Positions 10,664 to 19,198 of a stretch of DNA of 64,000 nucleotides are shown in pieces (positions within the stretch are counted from its first letter, which is position 1; the number at the start of each line of letters is the position of its first letter). Under the pieces are notes generated by a model. It saw only the letters and a list, made by a program, of their open reading frames with translations. It was not told the DNA's origin and made no database searches. The stretch is taken from positions 44,190 to 108,189 of the forward strand of contig JAUIGB010000001.1 in the NCBI GenBank assembly GCA_030429975.1, given 5' to 3'. A program made the position numbers and the translations under genes. The stretch comes from a bacterium (GTDB lineage Bacteria > Patescibacteriota > Saccharimonadia > Saccharimonadales > Saccharimonadaceae).

Positions 10664-11284
10664 CTATGCGCCGGCTGGTGGCGTCTCGTTGCACGAGGTA
10701 ATATTTGTATACGTAACGGAGCGTTTATAGTAATCGTTATTGATGTTATAGCTTCCACCACCAATGTTCACGTGATTACATAGATAATATTGTGGCGAAT
10801 GTGTGGTTTCTCGAAAGCCCAAACGACGATAGCCCGTATCGGTAGATGGAGATGGCAGCACGTTCCAGGCGCTCAACACGTAATCGGTGCCGTTACTCAT
10901 GTACATATAGCACCCCGTGCCATTACCTATTCCGCCTAATTCCTGATCACTCTGCGGTAGGCTCACGCCCAAACCGGGTACCCATTGCGCCGTGACGGTC
11001 CCAGATGCCAAAGGACAGTTAGAATCCATATAAACGGTGCCGCCCGAACCCATACTGCCTCCTGTTACGGGATAGCTACCGTTTTGCACTTCATACAACA
11101 GGATTTGTTTATTAACCGCCGACATATCCTGCTGGACTTTCGATATCCTAGCCGAAGCCGTGATACCGTTATACGCGACAATTACGATAGCAGCTAGTAC
11201 ACCGATCACGACTACGACTATTAGCAATTCGACAATTGTGAATCCACGCTCATTTCTAGCGTTTTCTTTCATATTTATCAGCAC
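10664..11284 (-). CDS. Type IV pilin / pseudopilin-like protein
   Basis: Class III signal RGFTIVELLIVVVVIGVLAAI. Confidence 0.9.
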   Translation of the reverse strand: MLINMKENARNERGFTIVELLIVVVVIGVLAAIVIVAYNGITASARISKVQQDMSAVNKQILLYEVQNGSYPVTGGSMGSGGTVYMDSNCPLASGTVTAQWVPGLGVSLPQSDQELGGIGNGTGCYMYMSNGTDYVLSAWNVLPSPSTDTGYRRLGFRETTHSPQYYLCNHVNIGGGSYNINNDYYKRSVTYTNITSCNETPPAGA

Positions 11285-11760
11285 CCTGCCGATGCTTTTG
11301 TACTGACGTGTAGCCCAACATCATCCGTACCACCGTTGACACCGTCAGGACCAACGCTCTCTATATACGTATTCGCGCCGGCAGCCGAAGCCGTATTACA
11401 ATCATTGTCATCATAACCCCAGCAATTACCCCACGGATCCTCGCTCCTGAATCCCGTATAACCTGCGGAGTTCAAAGCGGCCACTACAGCATCGAACCTA
11501 GAGCAATCCGGTGGATCGGTATTATAGTTCCACGAGTCACCAGTCGGTGGCAACTCACCATAAACCACTTTGTATGCCAACATCGCTTTTTTGAAGTTAG
11601 ATAGTTCGGAATTTGCCTGGGCAACCCTAGCTTGTTCCGTAATTCCGTTATAGGCAACAATTACGATAGCGGCCAGCACACCAATTACAACGACCACTAT
11701 TAATAGCTCGACTATCGTAAAGCCACGCATGTTCGCCCACGAAACGCTCGTGCTTTTCAT
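11278..11760 (-). CDS. Type IV pilin / GspG-like protein
   Basis: GFTIVELLIV; DPWG and SVGPDGVNGGTDD GspG-type motifs. Confidence 0.9.
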   Translation of the reverse strand: MKSTSVSWANMRGFTIVELLIVVVVIGVLAAIVIVAYNGITEQARVAQANSELSNFKKAMLAYKVVYGELPPTGDSWNYNTDPPDCSRFDAVVAALNSAGYTGFRSEDPWGNCWGYDDNDCNTASAAGANTYIESVGPDGVNGGTDDVGLHVSTKASAGC

Positions 11761-11803
11761 AGCTTAAGTATAACAAAGGTTCGCAAACAGAGAAACTTGA
11801 TAT

Positions 11804-13918
11804 CTATTCAGCGTCTTTTAGCGATAGGCTCAGTCGTCCGCGGTCGTCGATTTCCATCAACTTAACTTTGACTTCCTGGCCTTCCTTCAGAACGTCTTCT
11901 ACCTTTTCTACGCGCTGGTCGGAAAGTTTGCTTATGTGAACCATTCCGTCGATTCCAGGCATGATGTTCACGAATGCACCGAACTCTTTGATCGTTACGA
12001 CTTTACCGGTGTAAGTTTTACCTACTTCTGGTTCTTCCGTTAGACCTTTAATCCACTCTAGTGCCTTTTCGATACTCTCGCCGTTTGCAGACGCAACGGT
12101 TATTAGTCCGTCATCCTTGATATCGATTTCGGCGCCAGTTTCCTTGGTGATCTTGTTGATAGTTTCGCCACCTTTACCGATTACTGCACCAATTTTATCT
12201 GGGTTAATCATTATCTTTTCAATCCTCGGAGCATATGGGCTCATCTTTTCACGAGGTTCAGACATAGTCTCTAGCATATGACTTAGGATATGCTCGCGAC
12301 CTGGTTTTGCTGCCTCTATTGCTTGGCGCAAAATCTCTACGGGCAGACCATGTACTTTCATATCCATCTGCATTGCGGTCACGCCGTTTTTGGTACCAGT
12401 AACCTTGAAATCCATATCACCAGCAAAATCTTCGGCATCGGCAATATCAGACAAAACGTACGGAGTCTCGCCATCCATCATCAGACCCATCGCAATACCG
12501 CTAACCGGACTACTGATTGGCACACCGGCGTCCATCAACGCCAGGCATGAGCTACATGTGGCAGCCATCGACGTCGAACCGTTTTGGCTCATGATTTCCG
12601 TAACGGAACGAATGGTATACGGAAAATCCTCGACGCTAGGCAGAACAGGAATCAAAGCACGTTCTGCTAGGTACCCGTGACCTATTTCACGTCGCCCAGG
12701 ACTACCCAAGCGCTTTACCTCACCCACTGTATAACCAGGAGCGTTGTAATGGTGCATATATGTTCGCTCGAAGTCAGTCTGCTCCATAGTGTCAACTATT
12801 TGGGCGTAACTAAGAGGGGCCAGCGTAACAATATTCATACCCTGCGTGACGCCACGAGTAAAGATGCTAGATCCATGCGCGCGTGGCAAAACGCCGACTT
12901 CACTAGATAATGGTCGTATTTCGTCCAAGGCACGTCCGTCTGGTCGCTTTTTCAGTTCTACGATGCCCTTACGAACGTCCTCATGTAAGGCCTTCGTGAA
13001 GGCTTCGTCATACTCATCACGCAAATCAGCGTATTCTTCTTCGCCAACTTGCTTGGCCATTTCTTCATGGAATTCCCAACGGATATTATTTACCAACTCA
13101 TTACGCTCTGGATATGGCTTGTGTAGCGCTTCACCTAGTTTTCCTGCAGTCCACTGGTTAGCGGCCTTTTGAATATCTTCGTCTGGCAAAACTAACTCAT
13201 ATTCTTGTGCAACAGGTTTTACTTTTTCTACTAACTCACGTTGCAACTGAATTGCAGGCTGATACTGTTCAAACGCCCACGCCAATCCATCGGCGATTAC
13301 GTCTTCGGACACTTCGTTGGCACCCGCCTCCACCATAGTAATGCCACGTTCTATACCAGCAACTACTAGATCTAGGTCGCTTGCTTCGCGCTCTTCTGGC
13401 GTCAGAAACGCCTTGAACTCACCGTTTACGCGGCCTACGCGTAAACCAGCGACAGGACCGTCAAAAGGCGTTCCAGTCAGCATTAATGCACTAGATGCTG
13501 CGATCATTGCAACCATGTCCGGTCGGAAGTTTGGATCCATTGACATGACGCTAGCAACCACCTGAACTTCTTGGCGGTAACCTTTTGGAAATAGTGGTCG
13601 AATTGGTCGATCGATAATACGACCGATTAGAATAGCTTCATCGGATGGACGACCTTCTCGCTTGATAAAACGGCTACCGCTGATTTTTCCAGAAGCATAA
13701 AACTTTTCCTCGTAATCGACGCTCAGTGGAAAATAATCCAGCACAACCGGTCGTGTACCTACCTGTGCGGTACCTAACACTACGGTGTCACCATATGTTA
13801 CTAGAACACTGGCTGTAGAGCGGAAGCCTACACGGTTTACCTCTAAAGTTAGCTCTTTGCCCGCAAGTTGCGTGCTCACCTTGATAATATCCTTGCCATG
13901 AGGATTAATTATTGACAT
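11804..13918 (-). CDS. pnp: Polyribonucleotide nucleotidyltransferase
   Basis: RREIGHG, NGSTSMA, GDMDFKVTG, KH and S1 domains. Confidence 0.98.
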   Translation of the reverse strand: MSIINPHGKDIIKVSTQLAGKELTLEVNRVGFRSTASVLVTYGDTVVLGTAQVGTRPVVLDYFPLSVDYEEKFYASGKISGSRFIKREGRPSDEAILIGRIIDRPIRPLFPKGYRQEVQVVASVMSMDPNFRPDMVAMIAASSALMLTGTPFDGPVAGLRVGRVNGEFKAFLTPEEREASDLDLVVAGIERGITMVEAGANEVSEDVIADGLAWAFEQYQPAIQLQRELVEKVKPVAQEYELVLPDEDIQKAANQWTAGKLGEALHKPYPERNELVNNIRWEFHEEMAKQVGEEEYADLRDEYDEAFTKALHEDVRKGIVELKKRPDGRALDEIRPLSSEVGVLPRAHGSSIFTRGVTQGMNIVTLAPLSYAQIVDTMEQTDFERTYMHHYNAPGYTVGEVKRLGSPGRREIGHGYLAERALIPVLPSVEDFPYTIRSVTEIMSQNGSTSMAATCSSCLALMDAGVPISSPVSGIAMGLMMDGETPYVLSDIADAEDFAGDMDFKVTGTKNGVTAMQMDMKVHGLPVEILRQAIEAAKPGREHILSHMLETMSEPREKMSPYAPRIEKIMINPDKIGAVIGKGGETINKITKETGAEIDIKDDGLITVASANGESIEKALEWIKGLTEEPEVGKTYTGKVVTIKEFGAFVNIMPGIDGMVHISKLSDQRVEKVEDVLKEGQEVKVKLMEIDDRGRLSLSLKDAE

Positions 13919-13931
13919 GTTTTCTCCTTAC

Positions 13932-14026
13932 TCACTCTTTGTTAGGGCGACTAAGTAACGGGTACAGAAGTTCGTCCGAAGTCCTATATCCACCACTTAC
14001 ATCGCGTGAGTGATATGCATATTATA
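13932..14026 (-). promoter_or_regulatory. pnp -10 box and long leader hairpin
   Basis: TATAAT at 14021-14026; extended stem GCGA-TAAGTG…TTACTTA-TCGC closed by TCACTC/GAGTGA. Confidence 0.65.
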
Positions 14027-14050
14027 CCTTAAAGTTGTATAATTTTATAC

Positions 14051-14722
14051 ATGAAACTAGATATCTTTACCTCAACCGTATCAGATGGCTCCATGAAATC
14101 AAAGGATGGCGATCAATCAGTAGCACAAACAAATCGAACTAATTTTTTACAAAAAAACGGACTATCGCCAGAAAACACCACCCTACACACGCTTAGTTAT
14201 GGCGGTGATGATTACTGTCGATACCTAGAGCTGACAGACGAATTGAAGGGTGATGGGATACTGCGTAACTCGACCATAGACGCCGATGCCGTGGTCGTAA
14301 CAAAACCAGAGCATGCCGTACTACTGCCTCTTGGCGACTGTGTCGGCGCTGTTATTCACGACACGTACCAAAATATCGTGATGGTTTCACACCTTGGTAG
14401 GCAAAATCTAGAGCAACACGGCGGCACCAAATGCATAAAACACCTTGTAGAGAAATACAATGTTAACCCCAATAATCTAACCGCTTGGTTGTCTCCGGCT
14501 GCGGGCAAAGATAACTATCCTATGGAAGCTTTTGATGGTCGTGGCCTACAGGATGTCGCAATGGAACAACTATTAAATGCAGGTATCCCGCCTACAAGCA
14601 TCAGTATCACGAAAGACGATACAACCACTGACGCCAACTACTTTTCACATAGCGAATTTCTAAAAGGCCACCGCCCCGAAGACGGACGTTTTTGTATAGT
14701 AGCCGTTATGCATGAAGATTAA
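14051..14722 (+). CDS. YfiH/PgeF (laccase-domain, purine nucleoside phosphorylase-like) protein
   Basis: DADAVV, LGDC, SHLGR, YFSH…GRF. Confidence 0.85.
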   Translation: MKLDIFTSTVSDGSMKSKDGDQSVAQTNRTNFLQKNGLSPENTTLHTLSYGGDDYCRYLELTDELKGDGILRNSTIDADAVVVTKPEHAVLLPLGDCVGAVIHDTYQNIVMVSHLGRQNLEQHGGTKCIKHLVEKYNVNPNNLTAWLSPAAGKDNYPMEAFDGRGLQDVAMEQLLNAGIPPTSISITKDDTTTDANYFSHSEFLKGHRPEDGRFCIVAVMHED

Positions 14723-16104
14723 CGCCAGCTAGGCAGCCACATGTAGCGTTCTAGTTCGACCAGCGTCAATGGCCATCCATAAAACACGGGCAAAAAGTAC
14801 AAAAAGCTAGCGAACACGATTATAGCTATAGCCCAATACACATGATTGGCCAGCCTTTTACCCTTCCGCTTCGCCAACTCATCTAGCAATATTCCTCCCA
14901 GCACGCAAGAGATTAATATCGCGAAAAGTAACGCGAAAAAGTAATGATACAAGAACATCGGTCGATTTATCAGTGCGAACGGCAAAAGATTTACTGCATA
15001 TCCCGCAACGAGAAAAAGTAGAACTCTTCGTCTGCGTCGAATTAACCTATGCCCCAAGGCCAGCATCGCTACCGCCGTCAAAACCATGCTCGTAGTTCCC
15101 CACCAAACCACAGGATTGCCCAACAGATATATATGGCCCTGCTTGCCATTAACCTCATCTCCCTGCCAGTAATATACAGTCCTGGCCATCATGGGCCACG
15201 TAAACCATTTGGACGAGTATGGGTGCCCTACGGCCTCTAGCGAACTCTGTGAGCCATACATGACTCCATTTGTTTCTATCAATTTGTCCCAATAATTAGC
15301 CGGTCGCAACACGTCGTGATAGCGATTACCAACCAGCGTGGATTGGAAATGAATCGACATGAAACTATCGCCTTCGCCACTTTTTGGCAAGAGCGCAAAG
15401 TGCAGAGCGAAGCAACTGGCGTAAATTGCCGCGACTACGCCCGCGACTACGGCAAACTCCGCTAGCATACTTTTCCATTTGCTTTTATGTAGTATCCCTT
15501 CAACCAACCATGCAAGTGCCAGAACAAATATCACAGCTAGGCCCGACCACTTGGTGCTAGCGACTACGCCCGCGCACGCGGACAACGCGATCAACCATGC
15601 CCACCTCACTGAACCTTCGGCTTTGCGCATCGCCAAATAACAACTGACTGCGCCCAGTCCAAACAACAACAACATACTGTCCATCAGCACAAACCGTGAT
15701 TCTACCAGTAACGCGCCGTCCAACAGCACCAGTAACCCTCCTAGAGTGGCCATATGCCTGCTAGCGCCTAGCTGACGCACGATAATATAAACCAATGGGA
15801 CTAACAGCGCCCCGGCCAAGGCAGGTAATATACGTAAAGCCGTAGTTGCCTCGTCACCCGAAGCAATCTGCTCTGGCGTAAATCCAAATATTCCGCCTAT
15901 ACCCGCTACCAACAGCTTGACGAGGGGCGGATGGATATCCATAAAATACTGTCCACTCAGGTAATTCGAAGCGAACTCACGAAAATACACTTCGTCAAAA
16001 ACTATGTCATTCGGATAGCCCAGGTTCCAAAGCCTAGTAAACAGGGCTGCCAAGGTCAACACCCAAACCTCCGGATATCTAGCTATCCTATGCCACCATT
16101 TCAT
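14719..16104 (-). CDS. Protein O-mannosyltransferase (PMT/GT39 family)
   Basis: VFDEVYF, DIHPPL, HPYSSKW, LGNP, FLYHY; multi-TM. Confidence 0.9.
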   Translation of the reverse strand: MKWWHRIARYPEVWVLTLAALFTRLWNLGYPNDIVFDEVYFREFASNYLSGQYFMDIHPPLVKLLVAGIGGIFGFTPEQIASGDEATTALRILPALAGALLVPLVYIIVRQLGASRHMATLGGLLVLLDGALLVESRFVLMDSMLLLFGLGAVSCYLAMRKAEGSVRWAWLIALSACAGVVASTKWSGLAVIFVLALAWLVEGILHKSKWKSMLAEFAVVAGVVAAIYASCFALHFALLPKSGEGDSFMSIHFQSTLVGNRYHDVLRPANYWDKLIETNGVMYGSQSSLEAVGHPYSSKWFTWPMMARTVYYWQGDEVNGKQGHIYLLGNPVVWWGTTSMVLTAVAMLALGHRLIRRRRRVLLFLVAGYAVNLLPFALINRPMFLYHYFFALLFAILISCVLGGILLDELAKRKGKRLANHVYWAIAIIVFASFLYFLPVFYGWPLTLVELERYMWLPSWR

Positions 16105-16124
16105 GTATATATTTTACATCAAAT

Positions 16125-16145
16125 AAAAACGGCCCCGTGGGGCCG
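16125..16145 (-). terminator. rpsO terminator
   Basis: CGGCCCC/GGGGCCG stem with U-tract on minus strand. Confidence 0.75.
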
Positions 16146-16152
16146 CCAATAT

Positions 16153-16419
16153 TTATTTACGTAGTCCGAGATGGGAAATTAGGGACTTGTATCCTTCAAA
16201 ATCTTTCTTTTCTAGATATCCCAGCAATTTTTTGCGCTTGCCAACCATCTGAATCAAGCCTCTTCGTGCTTTGTGGTCTTGTTTGTGAACCTGTAGATGT
16301 TCTGTAATTTCCTTGATACGAGCGGTCAATACAGAAACTTGAACCTGGGCACTGCCAACGTCCTGCTTGCTCTTTTGTACACTCGAAATCGCCTTGGATT
16401 TGTTGTCTTTTGTAATCAT
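16153..16419 (-). CDS. rpsO: 30S ribosomal protein S15
   Basis: DVGSAQVQV, HKQDHKARRGL, LGLRK. Confidence 0.97.
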   Translation of the reverse strand: MITKDNKSKAISSVQKSKQDVGSAQVQVSVLTARIKEITEHLQVHKQDHKARRGLIQMVGKRKKLLGYLEKKDFEGYKSLISHLGLRK

Positions 16420-16461
16420 CAGTAGTGTATTGTAGCAGATAATCAGAGGTAATGCAAGGGG

Positions 16462-17121
16462 TCAATCGGAGACACCGAAATCGGCCAGGGTCTGTGCGTT
16501 CGACACGCTCCAGTCCGCTATCGAAATACGCCTCAGCTCCGTGCAATATCCGCCGGTGCCCAAATTTTTGCCAATATCGTTCGCCAGGCTTCGTATATAC
16601 GTCCCGCTACTGACATTCGTGCGAATCTTTACGTTTGGGTATATATATTCCACTAATTCCAACGAGTGAATCGTGACTTTGCGTGACGGTATTTCCACTT
16701 CCTTACCCTGCCTAGCCAAGTCGTATGCCCTCTTCCCGTCGATTTTTATCGCGCTATGCATGGGCGGAGTCTGTTCTATCACCCCAGTGAATTCATCTAA
16801 AACCTTTCGCAATTCATCATTGCTTGGCCGGCTGTCACTGACGTCGGTTATTTCGCCCTCGGGATCACTTGTAGTGCTACTTTGCCCCAGTCGCACAGTT
16901 GCCTCGTAAACCTTGTCACGCTTCATATAATCACCGGCATTTCGGCATTCCTTGCCCACGCACAGTATCAAAAGCCCTGTCGCGAACGGATCTAGCGTCC
17001 CACAGTGACCCACCTTAACTTTTTTGCCAGCGCGCTCCGAAAGTACTCGCCTGACACGCGCCACCACGCCAAAACTAGTCATCCCAGCAGGCTTGTCAAT
17101 CAAAATAATTCCATCGGTCAT
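16462..17121 (-). CDS. truB: tRNA pseudouridine(55) synthase
   Basis: KVGHCGTLDPFATGLL, PPMHSAIK, SSGTYIRSL. Confidence 0.97.
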   Translation of the reverse strand: MTDGIILIDKPAGMTSFGVVARVRRVLSERAGKKVKVGHCGTLDPFATGLLILCVGKECRNAGDYMKRDKVYEATVRLGQSSTTSDPEGEITDVSDSRPSNDELRKVLDEFTGVIEQTPPMHSAIKIDGKRAYDLARQGKEVEIPSRKVTIHSLELVEYIYPNVKIRTNVSSGTYIRSLANDIGKNLGTGGYCTELRRISIADWSVSNAQTLADFGVSD

Positions 17122-17177
17122 TGTGGTTGATTATAACCTTTTTCATTCCCACAAGTCCTACTGTGAGAAAAAGTTCA

Positions 17178-17210
17178 ATATAAAAATACCCTCAAAGGGT
17201 ATTTTTATAT
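17178..17210. terminator. AT-rich 15-bp perfect inverted repeat (terminator)
   Basis: ATATAAAAATACCCT-CAA-AGGGTATTTTTATAT downstream of the 17223-17855 gene. Confidence 0.65.
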
Positions 17211-17222
17211 GAGCATTTCTTG

Positions 17223-17855
17223 TTATTTAGTTACTTCAAGTACTTTGAAGGTTGCCTTCTTCAATGCGTCAACCTTACCCGATTCTACATATTCAAAAGC
17301 TGTTTCTTTAATACTTTGACCAGCCCCAAGATCCGAAACGTATATTACATCGTCGGCTATACGCGCCCCGTCTTTGTCAACCGCCTCGATTTTAACAGAA
17401 TAGCTGGCCTTTTCAGATGACTTGTTTTTGATAGTAACTGGCAGTTTTGTTTCTTCAAAATATTCGCTTGATGTGACTGAAAACTTACCAATAGTCACAT
17501 CAACGTTGTTCTTTAACAGCTTATCAGTGTTTGTGCCATCATAATCGTTAACCGTTTCGTTAACGGATTTTCCGACTTCATCAACGACCGCACCGTAGAA
17601 CGCCTGTGTTGCTAAAACTACGCCCATTGTAACTAACGATAGAATTATTGTTGCCGTTGCTAAGCCCTGCCCTACACGTTTGCCTTTCTTAATTGCAACA
17701 AAGCCAACAACCCCACAGGCTAAAGCGATAACTGCAAACATGAATGAGAAATTATTTAGTATTGGTATCCAAGAGCCAACAAGGGCAAAAGCAGCTATGT
17801 ATATACCTGCAATTGCTAATCCTGATTTACGTTCTGTTTTATCTTTTTTACTCAT
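17223..17855 (-). CDS. Membrane protein (DUF4190-like TMs plus FxLYD-like beta-sandwich)
   Basis: Three N-terminal TMs; VTIKNKS…YSVKIEAVDKDG…LGAGQ; SD GGAGGA. Confidence 0.75.
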   Translation of the reverse strand: MSKKDKTERKSGLAIAGIYIAAFALVGSWIPILNNFSFMFAVIALACGVVGFVAIKKGKRVGQGLATATIILSLVTMGVVLATQAFYGAVVDEVGKSVNETVNDYDGTNTDKLLKNNVDVTIGKFSVTSSEYFEETKLPVTIKNKSSEKASYSVKIEAVDKDGARIADDVIYVSDLGAGQSIKETAFEYVESGKVDALKKATFKVLEVTK

Positions 17856-17895
17856 ACTATTCCTCCGAATAAGTTAATTAATTTCCGTGCCCAAT

Positions 17896-18049
17896 AAAAA
17901 AGGACACCGGTGAGGTGTCTTACGCCTATAGCAGCGGGTTTTGCCCAACTGTTTACACACGGTGCCCATTTTATGTGCAAAACCGTGCAGCCACTGCTGA
18001 ACTTTACCACTGCTATTGAATTTATAAAGCGTAAGACCCTTTCATTATA
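17896..18049 (-). promoter_or_regulatory. Structured leader with intrinsic terminator (riboswitch/attenuator candidate)
   Basis: TATAAT 18044-18049; GUCUUACGC/GCGUAAGAC and AUAGCAGUGG/CCGCUGCUAU helices; terminator AGACACC/GGUGUCC-U6 ending about 40 nt before the ATG. Confidence 0.6.
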
Positions 18050-18141
18050 TATGAAAAGTACACCTACGCGAATAATAACCCCGAAGAGCACAGATACCGC
18101 ATCGCTTACACATCAAAAACTAACGATTTACACCTGTAAAT

Positions 18142-18177
18142 AATCATATGATTTTCCATATGGATATCCATATGGAT
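18142..18177. repeat. Three tandem 12-bp CATATG-centred palindromic units
   Basis: AATCATATGATT / TTCCATATGGAT / ATCCATATGGAT. Confidence 0.7.
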
Positions 18178-18421
18178 TCGCGCGATAGCCGACGGGGTCC
18201 GGGGTATCTGCAACGACCGGAGATGGACTGGAGCTTTGATGCTGGCGTGGCGAGGATGTTTGATCCGCCAGCTGGCGGAGAGTTCCGCAGGCACCCAACA
18301 GCAAAGATACAGGTCATCCCCGCGACGTGAAGCCACCCCGGCGGTTTAGCCGCATTTGCCGCCCAAATGCGGTCGGTTTAGTTCTTTGCCGAAACAAAGA
18401 ACATACGGTTATAATGGTTAC

Positions 18422-19198
18422 ATGAGTCGTAGTCACGAATTCCGTGCCGTTATAGAGGGCGACGACGACAAAAATGTCAAAAAACTGACAAAGGAGCAGT
18501 TACGATATATGGGAAAAATTATTTTTGGAATATTTGCACATCCCGACGACGAGGCATTTTTGACTGCCGGCACGTTGTTACAGGAAGTAAACGACGGTAG
18601 CGAATTACATCTGGTGTGCCTGACGGACGGCTGCGGCAAACACAGCATGAATCCCGATAACGTATCAGACCTTAGCGAAACGAGGCTGGAGGAGTGGCAT
18701 AACGCGGGCAAACTAATCGGCGTCAAGAATCAGCACTGCTTTAAGTATGTCGACGGCAACCTCAATAACGACGACCATATAGAAATAACCGAACGTATCG
18801 TGAATATGGTCAAAGACACCGTCGACAAGGATTCCGATAAGCAAATCGAGTTCATATCCATGGATACCAATGGCATTACGGGCCACATAGACCATATCGT
18901 AGCCGCGCGTAGCGCCCTGTTGGCGTATTACAGACTAAAGATGGAGGGATTTCCTGTTACGCGTGTACGTCTAGCCTGCTTGGCCGAAGAGGACTTTGCC
19001 GACATCAATACTAGTTGGACCCTGCGCGAGCCTGGTCGTTCATCAGACGAGATAGATGAAACCGTTGACGCTCGCGACCAATACGACCGTGTATGCGAGA
19101 TTATGCGCGCGCACCATTCGCAACGATCTGACGCAGATGAATGGATCAACAAACTTGGCGACCGTGTCGCTATCAATCATTTCATCGTAAGAGACTAG
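18422..19198 (+). CDS. PIG-L/LmbE family deacetylase
   Basis: FAHPDDE, GITGHIDH, AHHSQ; start moved to ATG 18422 just after TATAAT. Confidence 0.9.
   Translation: MSRSHEFRAVIEGDDDKNVKKLTKEQLRYMGKIIFGIFAHPDDEAFLTAGTLLQEVNDGSELHLVCLTDGCGKHSMNPDNVSDLSETRLEEWHNAGKLIGVKNQHCFKYVDGNLNNDDHIEITERIVNMVKDTVDKDSDKQIEFISMDTNGITGHIDHIVAARSALLAYYRLKMEGFPVTRVRLACLAEEDFADINTSWTLREPGRSSDEIDETVDARDQYDRVCEIMRAHHSQRSDADEWINKLGDRVAINHFIVRD

Noticed and set aside
18148..18330. 60-aa ORF in the GC-rich patch
   Set aside because: Several frames are open, no SD, and its starts come from the CATATG repeats; coding status is unsupported.
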